A stretch of 64,000 nt of DNA from the IMG/VR virus record IMGVR_UViG_3300025289_000025, positions 1-64,000 of that record; one strand, given 5' to 3'. Positions 1-10,800 of the stretch are shown in pieces. The DNA comes from a virus. Position 1 is the first letter of the stretch. The number at the start of each line of letters is the position of its first letter. A model generated the notes under the pieces. The model was not told the DNA's origin. It saw only the letters and a list, made by a program, of their open reading frames with translations, and did no database searches. The position numbers and the translations under genes were made by a program.

Positions 1-1
1 T

Positions 2-1405
2 GGAGATCCTGTTCCTCTTTGGAGTAAACAAAGGGAAATCATAAAAGCATTAGTAGATCATAGAAAAGTATCAGTCAAGTCTGGACATGGTGTCGGGAAG
101 ACCATGCTGTCTGCAGGAATTACTTTATATTTGGCTTATGTATGGCATGCAACAGGAATGACTACAGCACCTTCATTCAGGCAAGTCAGACGCGCCTTGT
201 GGGGAGAGATTCATTATCAATATTCTCGCGCTCGTACTCCTTTGGGTGGAAAGATGAATCAAGTTAGTTTGGATTTGGGTCCTAAGTGGTTCGTCGAAGG
301 ATTTGCTACAGATAAACCAATGGATAATATCACGGGTATTCACGAAGAGAACATTTTTGTTATTGTGGACGAAGCTGGGGGAGTAGCCCATAGTGTATTT
401 GAATCGTTAGACGCTCTTTTAACTTCTGAAAGCACATTTGTTCTTTATATAGGCAACCCCACTGATCCTACTAGTCCTTTTGCGGATACTTTTAAACCAG
501 GATCTGGATTTAAAACATTTACTCTTAGTTGTTATGATTGTCCCAATATTCGTCATGATATGATAATTTATCCTAAACTTACGGTTAAGAAATGGGTGGA
601 CGAAAAAGAAAAGAAATGGGGGAGAGATTCCAATCTCTTTCGAATTAGAGTTTTGGGGGAGTTTCCTCAAGAAAGTAAAGATACTCTCATTCCTATTCGA
701 TATATTGAGAAGGCATTAGAAAAAGGCAGGGAAAATTTATTACCGGCAGATTGGATTTATGCTTTTGGTTTGGACGTTGCTCGTCAAGGTTCTGATAGCA
801 CCACTTACGGAATACGTTATAAATCGGGGCTTTTCAAAATACATGAGGCTACCCAAAAGAAAAGGGAAACAGAAACGGCGGGTAAAATGATAGATATTTA
901 TAATGAATTTATCCCTGAATTTAAGTATAGGAATTTGAATGATTTGGAAAAGAGATTTCAGAAGGAAGGTAAAGAAGAGAAGGAAAAATCAGAGGAGGAA
1001 ATTTTCTTCCCCCCGATTAACGTAGATGACATCGGGGTTGGTGGTGGGGTTGTAGATATTTTGCTAGAAGAAGAATTCCCCACTAACGGAGTGAACGTGG
1101 CGGAACAGCCCGACCCTTCCGATCCAGATGAGGCAAAATTATTTCTTAATAAGCGTGCCCAATATTATTGGAATTTGAAAAAATTGTTTGAAAATGGCCT
1201 TGTGGCTATAGACGATGAAGAATTAGCCCATGAACTATCCAAAATAAAAATAGAATTTTTACGGAGTGGGAAGATTAAAATAGCAGATAAGGATACGATT
1301 AAGAAAGATTTGGGGGGTCGTAGTCCGGATAAGGCTGAGTGTATGATGTTGGCTTTTTCTATGGACTATGCAGATGTGGAGAGGGAGTTGGTAAGATTTT
1401 TATGA
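2..1405 (+). CDS. terL: Terminase large subunit (5' truncated by window edge)
   Basis: Frame is open from base 2 and reads ...KVSVKSGHGVGKT (Walker A) just upstream of the ORF-track start; Walker B VIVDEA, coupling motif IGNPT, nuclease motifs GLDVAR and RSPDKAE. Confidence 0.95.
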   Translation, partial: GDPVPLWSKQREIIKALVDHRKVSVKSGHGVGKTMLSAGITLYLAYVWHATGMTTAPSFRQVRRALWGEIHYQYSRARTPLGGKMNQVSLDLGPKWFVEGFATDKPMDNITGIHEENIFVIVDEAGGVAHSVFESLDALLTSESTFVLYIGNPTDPTSPFADTFKPGSGFKTFTLSCYDCPNIRHDMIIYPKLTVKKWVDEKEKKWGRDSNLFRIRVLGEFPQESKDTLIPIRYIEKALEKGRENLLPADWIYAFGLDVARQGSDSTTYGIRYKSGLFKIHEATQKKRETETAGKMIDIYNEFIPEFKYRNLNDLEKRFQKEGKEEKEKSEEEIFFPPINVDDIGVGGGVVDILLEEEFPTNGVNVAEQPDPSDPDEAKLFLNKRAQYYWNLKKLFENGLVAIDDEELAHELSKIKIEFLRSGKIKIADKDTIKKDLGGRSPDKAECMMLAFSMDYADVERELVRFL

Positions 1406-1415
1406 TGGAGGACAC

Positions 1416-1571
1416 ATGTTTAATGAAATGATGGCGGAGTCTATTGCTAAAGCAACTTTTTGGATTTTGATAATTTTTGCGGTGGGAATTACTGCTAGGT
1501 TTTTGATAAGAGATTATATAAATTTTCTTTTGGAGGATGTTGGTAAAAAGCCTTCGTCAGAGGACGAATGA
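1416..1571 (+). CDS. Small membrane protein (51 aa, not in ORF track)
   Basis: GGAGG SD, ATG at 1416, hydrophobic stretch ATFWILIIFAVGITARFLI, stop overlaps next ATG (ATGA). Confidence 0.55.
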   Translation: MFNEMMAESIAKATFWILIIFAVGITARFLIRDYINFLLEDVGKKPSSEDE

Positions 1572-2089
1572 TGCCCCCTTCGAATAGTAGAGAATATGCT
1601 AGGAATACCGACGTAGGCCCTGAAGATCAAATAATAATCCCCAAGGGGGATCAAATGGATAGGGAGATCGCTAACCTTAGAGAATGGATGAGGGATTTAG
1701 ATACTAAAGTAGATGCCCTCATAACTGAAGGGTGTAGTCATAGGGGAAATGATTTAGCCAAATTATCTCGAATAGAAGCAGCAACTGATGGATTTCGAAT
1801 CGAAGCGGGGGCTATTAAAGATTCTATTTATCAATTATCCTTGTCTTTTGAACAACATAAAACTAAGGTGGTAGAGTCTACTAATTTTACTAATAATAAA
1901 ATAAGTAATTTAAAATTGGGTATTTTAGCCCAATGTACTCTTTTGTTATTAGTGATATTAGGTTTTTTATTTAAGGAGTTTGTGATTCCAGCTACTAAAA
2001 ATATTTCCTCCCCATCATTAATAACAGATAAGGATCATATAAATATTGACCAAGAGACTTGGGATAAATTGATAAAAAATAAAAAATAG
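1568..2089 (+). CDS. Coiled-coil protein with C-terminal transmembrane helix (possible holin-like)
   Basis: Helical/coiled-coil N-part and hydrophobic GILAQCTLLLLVILGFLF segment. Confidence 0.55.
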   Translation: MMPPSNSREYARNTDVGPEDQIIIPKGDQMDREIANLREWMRDLDTKVDALITEGCSHRGNDLAKLSRIEAATDGFRIEAGAIKDSIYQLSLSFEQHKTKVVESTNFTNNKISNLKLGILAQCTLLLLVILGFLFKEFVIPATKNISSPSLITDKDHINIDQETWDKLIKNKK

Positions 2090-2152
2090 TAGTGAATATC
2101 TTTGATACATACTATAGTTAAACTCAAGCGTTTTATTGTATAGGGGAGAAGG

Positions 2153-4261
2153 ATGACAACGCGATTGGAATTACTTCGGAAAAGCCCAATCACTAAGAAC
2201 GCCATTGATGCCGTTTTCCTTCGTAATAAGCAAATGTTGGGGGTAACTGAAGATGATGTAATGCGAGAGCCTTATAAGAAATCGGATTTAGTTTATATTT
2301 GTATTTCTACCACTGCTAAGGCCATTTCTCAAGTTCCTTTGATAGTGGTTCGGAACTTTGGTCTTAGTGGGGAGTATAAACCCCTTCCGGATACTGATCC
2401 TTGGTCTCAGTTATTTATTAGACCCAATTATATTACTGATAGATATTCTTTTGTGGAGTCTATTATTACTTATCTATTGCACGATGGAGAAGTTTTCATT
2501 GTTCCTTATCCCCCCGGTTTGGGTCCCCCCGGCTCCCTTTGGGTGGTGAGAAATAAGTTTATCAGGCCGATGAAAGATCCCAAAACGAATCTTTTGTTAG
2601 GGTGGCTTTATAATCAATCAGGGCAATTCACCGAAGGTGGACTATCCTCCACTGCTGAAGGAATTCCTTTGCATGTAGATGAGGTTGCTAGGGTATATTT
2701 ATTCAACCCCTACGACCCGTTGAAAGGAATATCTCCTTTAGAAGCAGGAAAAATGAGTATAGTAGTTGATTATAAAGCATCTTTTTATACATCTGTATTC
2801 TTTGATGAAGGGGCTTCCCCTGGCGGGGTAATTTCTACTGAGCAAAAATTAGGAGATAAACAATTCAATCGTACTAGAGAACAATTCGAGTCTCGTCATC
2901 AAGGGTTTAAGAAAGCCCATCGTATTGCAGTATTGGAGCAAGGATTAAAGTATACTCAAACAGGTTTGAATCAAAGAGATATGGAATTTGGGGATTTAAG
3001 AAAACAAACAGCGGAAAGAATCTATCAGATTTTTGGTATGAAAAAGGCCATTGTTTCGGTTATGGAAGATGTGAATTACGCCACAGCACAGGCTGAGCGC
3101 AAGGAGTGGTGGGAAGGTACTAACCTTCCCTTAATGTCATTAACTACTTCGGCGTTGAATTTTATTCTGTTTCGTCAGAATTCCGATCTTCGGTTGATAT
3201 TTGATACCACCACCGTAGCAGCTTTGAAAGAAGCGTTGAAGGAAAAGGTAGAGACGGGATATAAACTTTGGCAAATGGGGTTCGCTGCCAATGAGATCAA
3301 TCAGCGACTCGATATGGGATTTGGTAATAAGCCTTGGCGTAACGTTGCGTTTGTCGCAGTTAATTTGCAACCGGTGGACCGTGCCCTCAATCCGCCAAAG
3401 CCAACCGTGCCAGAGTTGCCGCCACCCCCTGTATCACCCCCTGCGCTTCCCCCGCCAAAGCCTCCGAAGGCGTTGACGGAAGGGGGAGAGGAGAAATTAT
3501 CGGATAAAGACGAAGCTAGAGGAGAGCAAAGTTGGAATAATTTTATTCAAAAGACTGCCCCTTTGGAAGAGAAGTTCGAAAAGAAGGTGACAAGAGTATT
3601 TATGGATATGAGGAGTAGGTCTTTGGAGAGTTTGTATAAAAATACCAAGGCTCCCAAGGATTTGGATGATGAGCTTTTTTCAGAGGATTCTAAAAATATT
3701 TCTAAATTTACTGATCCCCTTTACGGGGATGCTATAATAGTGGGTTTTACTACTATGTTAGACGATATTGGTTCTTCCATTGTATTTAGTTTATCTGACC
3801 CCGAAGCATTAGCATTTTTAGCAACGAAAAATATTCAAATTAAGGGAATTATTCAAACTATTAAAGATCAGATACGGGTAGAATTAATGGAGGCGTATGA
3901 AAAAGGAGAAACGATTGATGAGATAGCGGCTCGCATTAGAAATGTTTTCAATATGTCTAATAGCAGAGCTAAAATCATTGCTCGTACTGAAATTCTCGGG
4001 GCAGCTGGAGAAGGCAGAAGTTTAGCGATAAACCGATCTGGATATAGAGAGAAAAGATGGTTTACTGCAATGGACGAAAGAGTACGGATGGCTCATAGAG
4101 CAATGCACGGAAAAACAGTTAAGGTGGGAAATATGTGGGTTTTGCCTGATGGGAGTTCTTTAAGATATCCAGGAGATCCCCAAGGACCAGCAAGACAAGT
4201 TGTGCAGTGTCGTTGCATTGAAACCGTAGTTTTTGAAAGTCATTTCCTTTTGGAAACTTGA
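2153..4261 (+). CDS. HK97-family portal fused to MuF/SPP1-gp7-like head morphogenesis domain
   Basis: Portal motifs (YICISTTAKAISQVP, GISPL, FFDEGASPGG, VLEQGLKY), Pro-rich linker, then MuF motifs (RAKIIARTE, KRWFTAMDERVRMAH, RYPGDP, QCRC). Confidence 0.92.
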   Translation: MTTRLELLRKSPITKNAIDAVFLRNKQMLGVTEDDVMREPYKKSDLVYICISTTAKAISQVPLIVVRNFGLSGEYKPLPDTDPWSQLFIRPNYITDRYSFVESIITYLLHDGEVFIVPYPPGLGPPGSLWVVRNKFIRPMKDPKTNLLLGWLYNQSGQFTEGGLSSTAEGIPLHVDEVARVYLFNPYDPLKGISPLEAGKMSIVVDYKASFYTSVFFDEGASPGGVISTEQKLGDKQFNRTREQFESRHQGFKKAHRIAVLEQGLKYTQTGLNQRDMEFGDLRKQTAERIYQIFGMKKAIVSVMEDVNYATAQAERKEWWEGTNLPLMSLTTSALNFILFRQNSDLRLIFDTTTVAALKEALKEKVETGYKLWQMGFAANEINQRLDMGFGNKPWRNVAFVAVNLQPVDRALNPPKPTVPELPPPPVSPPALPPPKPPKALTEGGEEKLSDKDEARGEQSWNNFIQKTAPLEEKFEKKVTRVFMDMRSRSLESLYKNTKAPKDLDDELFSEDSKNISKFTDPLYGDAIIVGFTTMLDDIGSSIVFSLSDPEALAFLATKNIQIKGIIQTIKDQIRVELMEAYEKGETIDEIAARIRNVFNMSNSRAKIIARTEILGAAGEGRSLAINRSGYREKRWFTAMDERVRMAHRAMHGKTVKVGNMWVLPDGSSLRYPGDPQGPARQVVQCRCIETVVFESHFLLET

Positions 4262-4280
4262 TAATTAGAAGGAGGTTACA

Positions 4281-5810
4281 ATGGCTGCCAAATTAGTAGG
4301 TCAGGACGGAACCCCCGTAAAGTATCAAGGAAAAGAAGTTTTCAGTTCCGATTACTCGGGGGTGGTTAAATCTGTAGATATGATGAAACGAACCCTCGTT
4401 ATGACAGGGACAGATGAGACCAAGGATAGAGACGGTGATATTATCCGGTTGTCCGGTTGGAATATGGATAACTACAAGAAGAACCCCGTTTTCCTTTGGG
4501 CCCACAATTATGGGTCAGTCCCTCTTGCTAGGGCCGAAAAGGTTACAAAAAAGAAAGAACCCCCTAGGATGGAGTTTTTGCTTCAGTTCCCCACAAAGGG
4601 GATTTACCCCTTCGCTGATATGATTTTGGAATTGTACGAGGAAAAGATAATTAACGCTTCTTCAGTGGGATTTATTCCTATGAAGTGGAATCCTATTGAA
4701 GAGGATAAGAACGATGATAATCGTAGAAATCCATATGGAAGAGAGTATATTGGTCAGGAACTTTTGGAACTTTCAGGATGCGCAGTTCCGTCTAATCCTA
4801 GTGCGGTTCAGAATGCTTTGAAGGGAAAGAATTTTGGATTTAAAGATGATGATCTTTTGAAATATCTTACGGGGGCAACGCTAATCCCTCGTCCAGAGAA
4901 GGAAGATGATATCATTGATGAATTAGATAAATCAGAAACGGAGATCGTTGACGAGACTACTATTCAAGTTCAAGTGGCAGAGAATTTGAATAAGTCTGAA
5001 GATGACGTGACTCTCACTATTGCCCCAGAAGTTGTAGAAGAGGATACCAAAATTTCTCCCCCAGTAGAGGAAGTCGTAGAAGATCCTCCAGAGGGGGAAA
5101 AAGAGATGACGATGGATATGTGTGGGTCGGGGGATCTTCCCATCAACCCCGATTCATCTTGGGATGGGAAAGCGGCTATTGCTAGAATGAAAGAGCTTTG
5201 TGGGGGTCCAGATAAGGATAAGATGAATTGGGAGAAATATGGCAAGGGATTTGTAATGAGGGATGGGGCTAACAAGGAAAGTTTTGGGTCTTATAAACTT
5301 CCCTTTGCAGATGTAAAGGATGGAAAACTCACTGCGGTTTGGGGTGGAGTTATGCGAGCTATGAGTGCTGTTCATGGTGCTCGTGGCGGAATGAATGCTT
5401 CTGATGTAGATAAGAAGAAAGCCCATAATTTCTTGGCGGGGTACTATAAGAAATTTGATAAACCCGTTCCAGAAATGACTTCTGTTTTCGATGTAGAAGA
5501 ATTAATGGTAGATTTTTCTGAGGAAATCCGTAAGATTAAGGAAGAGTTATTTATTAGCAACCAGACTTTAGAGTCAATGGTTGCAGAGATAAAGGGTATC
5601 CAGGACTCTTTGGCGAAAGCCCTTGAAGAGATCCAGAGGAAACCCAAGTCTGGAAATGGAACGTCGGATTTTATTTTGAAAGAGGCTTTCAATCAGGGGA
5701 GGGGAAAGATAGAAAATCCTCCCACAGAGAAGTACAGCAAGGAATCGTTGAACAGTTTGAGATTAGCTTTAGTTGAAGTAGCGAAGGCGATGAAAAACAT
5801 AAAACTTTAA
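4281..5810 (+). CDS. HK97-type prohead protease with acidic linker, extra domain and coiled-coil C-terminus
   Basis: DRDGDII, NPVFLWAH, SSVGF, ELLELSGCAVPSNPSA motifs; lies between portal and capsid. Confidence 0.9.
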   Translation: MAAKLVGQDGTPVKYQGKEVFSSDYSGVVKSVDMMKRTLVMTGTDETKDRDGDIIRLSGWNMDNYKKNPVFLWAHNYGSVPLARAEKVTKKKEPPRMEFLLQFPTKGIYPFADMILELYEEKIINASSVGFIPMKWNPIEEDKNDDNRRNPYGREYIGQELLELSGCAVPSNPSAVQNALKGKNFGFKDDDLLKYLTGATLIPRPEKEDDIIDELDKSETEIVDETTIQVQVAENLNKSEDDVTLTIAPEVVEEDTKISPPVEEVVEDPPEGEKEMTMDMCGSGDLPINPDSSWDGKAAIARMKELCGGPDKDKMNWEKYGKGFVMRDGANKESFGSYKLPFADVKDGKLTAVWGGVMRAMSAVHGARGGMNASDVDKKKAHNFLAGYYKKFDKPVPEMTSVFDVEELMVDFSEEIRKIKEELFISNQTLESMVAEIKGIQDSLAKALEEIQRKPKSGNGTSDFILKEAFNQGRGKIENPPTEKYSKESLNSLRLALVEVAKAMKNIKL

Positions 5811-5820
5811 GGAGGCAGTT

Positions 5821-7167
5821 ATGGTTAAGAAGTTCGTTAAGTCAGCTACTGGCGTTTTGGTTCTCGCAACCCCAGAGCAGGAAGCGGATGCGAGTATCGA
5901 GAAATTTGAGGTGGAGGATCGCACCAACGTCAACCCGCCTGATCCCATCGTGGAACTAACTGGGATTGTTCGTGAGATGGCCACCAGTCTTAGTGATATC
6001 AAGGAGAAGGCTGATCAGCAGGGCGATGCGTTGGAAGCCTACAGGAAGGCGGTGGATCGTGGGTTTCTTCCCCCGAATCCGAAGACAGGTCCCACAGTAG
6101 ATTCGGCCTCGGATGAACTGAAGAGTATCATGGGGCATTATGAACTTGCCTTCCAGGGCAAAGAACTCATGTCTCGAACGGTCCACCCGAACCATGTCAT
6201 TGATGAGCCTACTAGGTTGGAGATGGCAAAGTTTTATGCTCTTTTCCTTCGTCACACTCTTCAGCAGGATTGGAGAGCAAAAGATCAGTTTTGGAAGTAT
6301 TTTGGTCCCCAGATGAAGACAGCAGTCGGGGATTCCGGAAATACTTTCCCCCTCCCGGATATTGTGGATTCAGAAATCCTTGCGTTTGCCCGTGAGGTTT
6401 CTGTAGTTCTGCAGTACTCCCGGATTTGGCCTATGTCCTCGGATAAGCAGTCCTTCCCGTCTGAGACTGCATCTGCATCAGTTGCTTGGGGGAATACCAC
6501 CTCACAGTCCGAGCCGGGAATTACAGAAGTTGAGCTGGATGCCAACGAGCTTTCGGCATACAGTGTTGTGAAGAATGCCACCTTGATGGATGCCCGCTCG
6601 GACATCGTTTCTTGGCTGACGGCGGCTCTGGCAGAGGCGGCGGGACAGGAACTGGATAATCAGGCATTTAACGGTTCTGGCTCTCCGTTCTTCGGTATTC
6701 TGGATGCGACGGGTGCCGGGTATTCTGTTACGCTTGGTGGGTCTTCCTTCTCTGACGTCACCTTCACGGACTTCTCCAGTATGATTGCCAAGCTGGACGG
6801 TCTGCGGAAGCAGGGTGCCCGGTTCTGGATGCATGGACAGGGACTCCATCTGGTTCGGACGTTGAAGGATGACCAGAATCGCCCGATCTTCTACGATACT
6901 GTTGGTCAGCCCACTTCAGGGACCATTTTGGGGTTCCCGTACTCGGAAGTCATGAAGATGCCTTCCACTACGGGGGCTTCCACGGCTTTCTTGGCCTTCG
7001 GTAATCTTCGGTATCTTGGGGTTGGACGTAGGCTTGAAGTATCCACCCTTTCCGCAGATCCGTATGGCCTGTGGACTACCAACCGGATGCGGTATAAGTT
7101 GTACCAGCGTTGGGGCATGAAGATCGGACTTCGGAATGGCCTTGTCCGGATGCTGACCTCTTCGTAA
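5821..7167 (+). CDS. Major capsid protein, HK97 fold
   Basis: Delta-like N-terminus, ELDNQAFNGSG, LKDDQNRPIF, ILGFP, AFGNL; strong AAGGAGG SD; biased high-expression codon usage. Confidence 0.93.
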   Translation: MVKKFVKSATGVLVLATPEQEADASIEKFEVEDRTNVNPPDPIVELTGIVREMATSLSDIKEKADQQGDALEAYRKAVDRGFLPPNPKTGPTVDSASDELKSIMGHYELAFQGKELMSRTVHPNHVIDEPTRLEMAKFYALFLRHTLQQDWRAKDQFWKYFGPQMKTAVGDSGNTFPLPDIVDSEILAFAREVSVVLQYSRIWPMSSDKQSFPSETASASVAWGNTTSQSEPGITEVELDANELSAYSVVKNATLMDARSDIVSWLTAALAEAAGQELDNQAFNGSGSPFFGILDATGAGYSVTLGGSSFSDVTFTDFSSMIAKLDGLRKQGARFWMHGQGLHLVRTLKDDQNRPIFYDTVGQPTSGTILGFPYSEVMKMPSTTGASTAFLAFGNLRYLGVGRRLEVSTLSADPYGLWTTNRMRYKLYQRWGMKIGLRNGLVRMLTSS

Positions 7168-7191
7168 GTCGTAGTAAGGTACGTTGGTTAC

Positions 7192-7217
7192 AGGGGGGCG
7201 GGGCTTCCCGCCCCCCT
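7192..7217 (+). terminator. GC-rich hairpin after the capsid gene (attenuator or stabiliser; weak U-tract)
   Basis: AGGGGGGCGGG-GCTT-CCCGCCCCCCT, a perfect 11-bp stem. Confidence 0.6.
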
Positions 7218-7224
7218 TACGGTT

Positions 7225-7363
7225 GGAGGGCGATTCAAGCGGGGGTAAAACATCTGGGTTCCTCCGTTCCCAGATGTGGGGTTATTGGAATATGGATTCA
7301 GGTGCCCTCCGTGAATCTAAAATAATCCCACCCCCACCCACAGGGGAAATTGCAGGAGGGCGA
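7225..7363 (+). promoter_or_regulatory. Multi-branch structured RNA leader upstream of the enzyme cluster
   Basis: Stems ACATCTGGG/CCCAGATGT, GGGGTTATT/AATAATCCC and GGATTCA/TGAATCT; both loops carry CCTCCG; GGAGGGCGA occurs at 7225 and 7355. Confidence 0.45.
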
Positions 7364-7364
7364 C

Positions 7365-7526
7365 ATGATACAAAATCCTACTCCCAAATCCACCAAGTAC
7401 GTTTGCGGAAAATGCAAGACTATATTTTCTCCTTGGGGAGAGGGTATGTATGCCAAATGTCCTAAGTGCGGAAGTAGAGATATCAAGGAAATGGTACAAA
7501 CCAAAACGGAGGTAATTCAGAAATGA
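7365..7526 (+). CDS. Zn-ribbon microprotein (53 aa, not in ORF track)
   Basis: GGAGG SD; MIQNPTPKSTKYVCGKCKTIFSPWGEGMYAKCPKCGSRDIKE...; ATGA overlap with next gene. Confidence 0.75.
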   Translation: MIQNPTPKSTKYVCGKCKTIFSPWGEGMYAKCPKCGSRDIKEMVQTKTEVIQK

Positions 7527-7825
7527 AGGCTTCCTTCAAGTGTGAGAATTGTTTAGCAGAGACTATTATTTCTGGGGAAGGCCCTCGTCATTTAGGTTGT
7601 CAGTCTTGTGGTTGCGGGGATATTAAATTCGATGCTGATGTTATAGTGTCCCCTATTTCTAGTAAAGACCCGGGAGATGTCTTTCCCCCAGTTTTTGTGA
7701 AGAAAGGAGAGAGTTTTTTGGGTAGTCATTCCTCGGGATGTTCTTGGAAATTAACTTTTCCTGTCGTTGTCCCTGCTGTAGTCCCTGTACTGAAAATTAG
7801 AAAACCCCTTACTCCCAAGGGCTAA
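7523..7825 (+). CDS. Zn-ribbon protein
   Basis: CENC...CQSCGC; GGAGG SD. Confidence 0.7.
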   Translation: MKASFKCENCLAETIISGEGPRHLGCQSCGCGDIKFDADVIVSPISSKDPGDVFPPVFVKKGESFLGSHSSGCSWKLTFPVVVPAVVPVLKIRKPLTPKG

Positions 7826-7835
7826 GGGGAGGGAA

Positions 7836-10800
7836 ATGCCGGATTTTACAATAATTTGTAGTAAGTGCAAAAAAACAAAAACCTTTAAGCATCCTACTAG
7901 GGCTACTTTAACTTGCCAATCTTGTGGTAATAAGAGTGGTTTTGTTTCCCACCCAGAAGATTTTGAGTATAATGCCTTAATCCTCCGTTGCCAGAAATGT
8001 GATGAATCTTTTTTAGTTAAATTTGGTTTGGATTCTTTATTGCGTTGCCCCTCTTCTAAATGTGGTGGTTTTCTTTTGGATTCTATCGAATTTGTTTCTA
8101 TATCTACTATACAGGATCAAATGGAGAATAAAAAATCAAATGTAGTTATGGATAATTTTCCTAAAAACTCTTCTTTTTTAAAACGCAACAAAATTATTTA
8201 TAAAACGTCTGATGAAGGTATGAGAATAGCTATTCCTTATTATTATGGTGGAAGTAGAATTCAACGGGCAATAGAAAGTTGGATTTATCCGGAAACCGTT
8301 TTTGTTTTAACAGATCTGGGGATCATCCCACCTGGGAATGGTATATGTAGCCAAATATTCACGGAAAAAAATTCTAAAACAGAAGGATTGAATAATAGAA
8401 CGCAGCCTTATTTAATAGATATTCTTTCTAGATTAATTAAACTTTTTCCTTATGAGAAGTATTACGGTTATTTTAATTCTGATGTTATCCTTCCCCCAGG
8501 ATCTATTATAAAAAGTTTGATTCCTTCTGAAGGAAAAAAGATATCTTTTCATCATAGAATGGATCATAAAGGATCTGCTCAAGATTCTATTTATAAATTG
8601 GAGAAGAAGAACCAAGTATTTTGTGGTAAAGATGGTTTTATAGGAGAAGCGCAAGTAATAAGAGATATAGTAGCAAATGTAAAAGATATGGTTTTGGGGG
8701 GGGCTTCTTGGGATGATGGTTTAGCTGTTTGGTGTTTCCAGAAATATGGCAGAGATAAAGTTGACCTTCGCTATGGGGAAATTTACCATGTTTTGCATCC
8801 TCAAGTTTGGAATGCTGATGATAAGGAATCTACGTTCAATCGTAAACAATTACAATCTATGGGTATATCTGATACCAAAAGGCAATCTTTTAATTGGTTT
8901 AAACAGTCAGAAGGTAGTATCGAAGATTCTTTAGAAGAAAAACATAAATCTTTAGGATTAATACAACCCGGTAGAATTGGTGATATAATAATCGTTCTTC
9001 CCATAGCTAAGTGGTTTCACGATTTGGGTTATAGAGTAATTTGGCCAGTAGTATCAGAATATATAAATTTGTTCGATTACGTAAATTATGTCGATGTTGT
9101 TGATTTGGGTTCTGGTTTAGGGGGTTCTTATAAAAAGTCTAAAGAGGTACTGAAAAATAAGGGTGTTTCTCAGATACTAGATTTAGGTATAGGATTTGGA
9201 AAAGATGAATCTGAGTGGGTTAATTCTGGTATGTCTTTTGATGAGTGGAAATATAAAGAAGCTTGCGTTCCTTTCGAGGAGCGATTTAATTTGGTTATAA
9301 ATAGAAATTTTCAAAAAGAATTGGATTTGGAAAAATCTTTATGTATATTGGGGGAATTCGTATTAACGCACTCCGTTGGATCTAAAGGAAGAATAAATTT
9401 TGGTAAAATAAATTCTATAGAAATTATGGCTAAGACTGGTTTCACTGTTTTTGATTGGATACGGGTGGTAGAGAAAGCAAAAGAAGTTTACTGTGTAGAT
9501 AGTTGTATAGCACATTTGGTTAATCAATTGGGTTTGGCAGTGGGTCGTAGAACGTTTTCTCCCTTGAAGGATTACCATGGCAGATCTCTTGCTATGGCTG
9601 TTCCTAAGATCAATTGGGAAGGTGAGAGGGTATCTACTGTAATTAGAAAGTCCCCCATCGTACCGGACAAATCAAGTGGGCTATTGTTGGCATCTTTACC
9701 GGGGCTTCATACGGGGAACTGGCCTTTGTATCCGTTAGGGATAGGTTATCTTCATTCTTCTTTGAGCAGAGATAGGGATGTTCGGTCTATACATTTTCAA
9801 AAACAATCCCATATGGAGAGTATTTTTCCTAAATTAATAAAAAAATTACTACCCGATATTGTGGGTTTCACTTGCACTACTTTTAATAGGGGAAATGTCA
9901 GGAGGGGAATTAAAACGGTGAGAAGTATTTCGCCCAAAACTAAAATAATTTTAGGGGGAGTTCATCCTACTTTTCTTCCCCATCAGATGATAGAAAATTA
10001 TGGTGCCGATTATGTGGTAATGGGGGAAGGAGAAAATACTCTTAGAGATTTATGTCATATAATTGATAATGGAAAATTACCCTCTGATCTTAGGGGGGTG
10101 GCATATAAAAATGAATCTGGAAATATTTTTGTAAATGATCCCGTAAGTCCCATAGATAATCTTGATTGTCTTCCTCACCCTGATTTTAGTTATGCAGAAC
10201 AAATGATAAAAAATAGTGGGATGGGAAGTATTATTACTTCTAGGGGTTGCCCAGCTAAATGCGGATATTGTTCTACCAGTCATTATTGGGGCCAAAAAGT
10301 TAGGGCACACTCCGTAGATTGGGTTTTGAATGAAATAGAAAGGCAGATTGAACTTTATGGAATAAATAAATTACTTTTCCACGACGATTCTTTTAATTTG
10401 TCTCCATCCAGAGTTCAAGAAATTTGTAAAGGAATGATAGAAAGGAAGTTTGATTTAGTTTGGGCAGCTCAAGGCAGAGTCCACCCCGTTTCTAGGGAAA
10501 TGTTAGATATTATGGTGGAGGCGGGGTGTCGTCATATTTGTTGGGGGGTAGAGTCTGGGTCTAAAACTATGCTTCAATCTATGAGTAAAAAAATTAGTTT
10601 AGAACAAATTAAAAGGACTTATGAATTATGTTCTAAATATGAGGGAGTATTAACTACTGGTGCTTTTACTATGGTGGGGTATCCAGGGGAGAGTTCTCAA
10701 ACTATTAAAGAAACATGTGAATTTTTAAATACGGTTCCTATGACGGATTCCCCCAGCACCGCTATTTTATATGTACTCCCCGGAACAGAGGTTTACAAAC

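Noticed and set aside
1416-2089. Complete lysis cassette
   Set aside because: Membrane proteins are present but no endolysin or spanin is recognisable in the window
7184-7465. 93-aa ORF after the capsid gene
   Set aside because: Runs through strong hairpins and overlaps the better supported Zn-ribbon ORF 7365-7526
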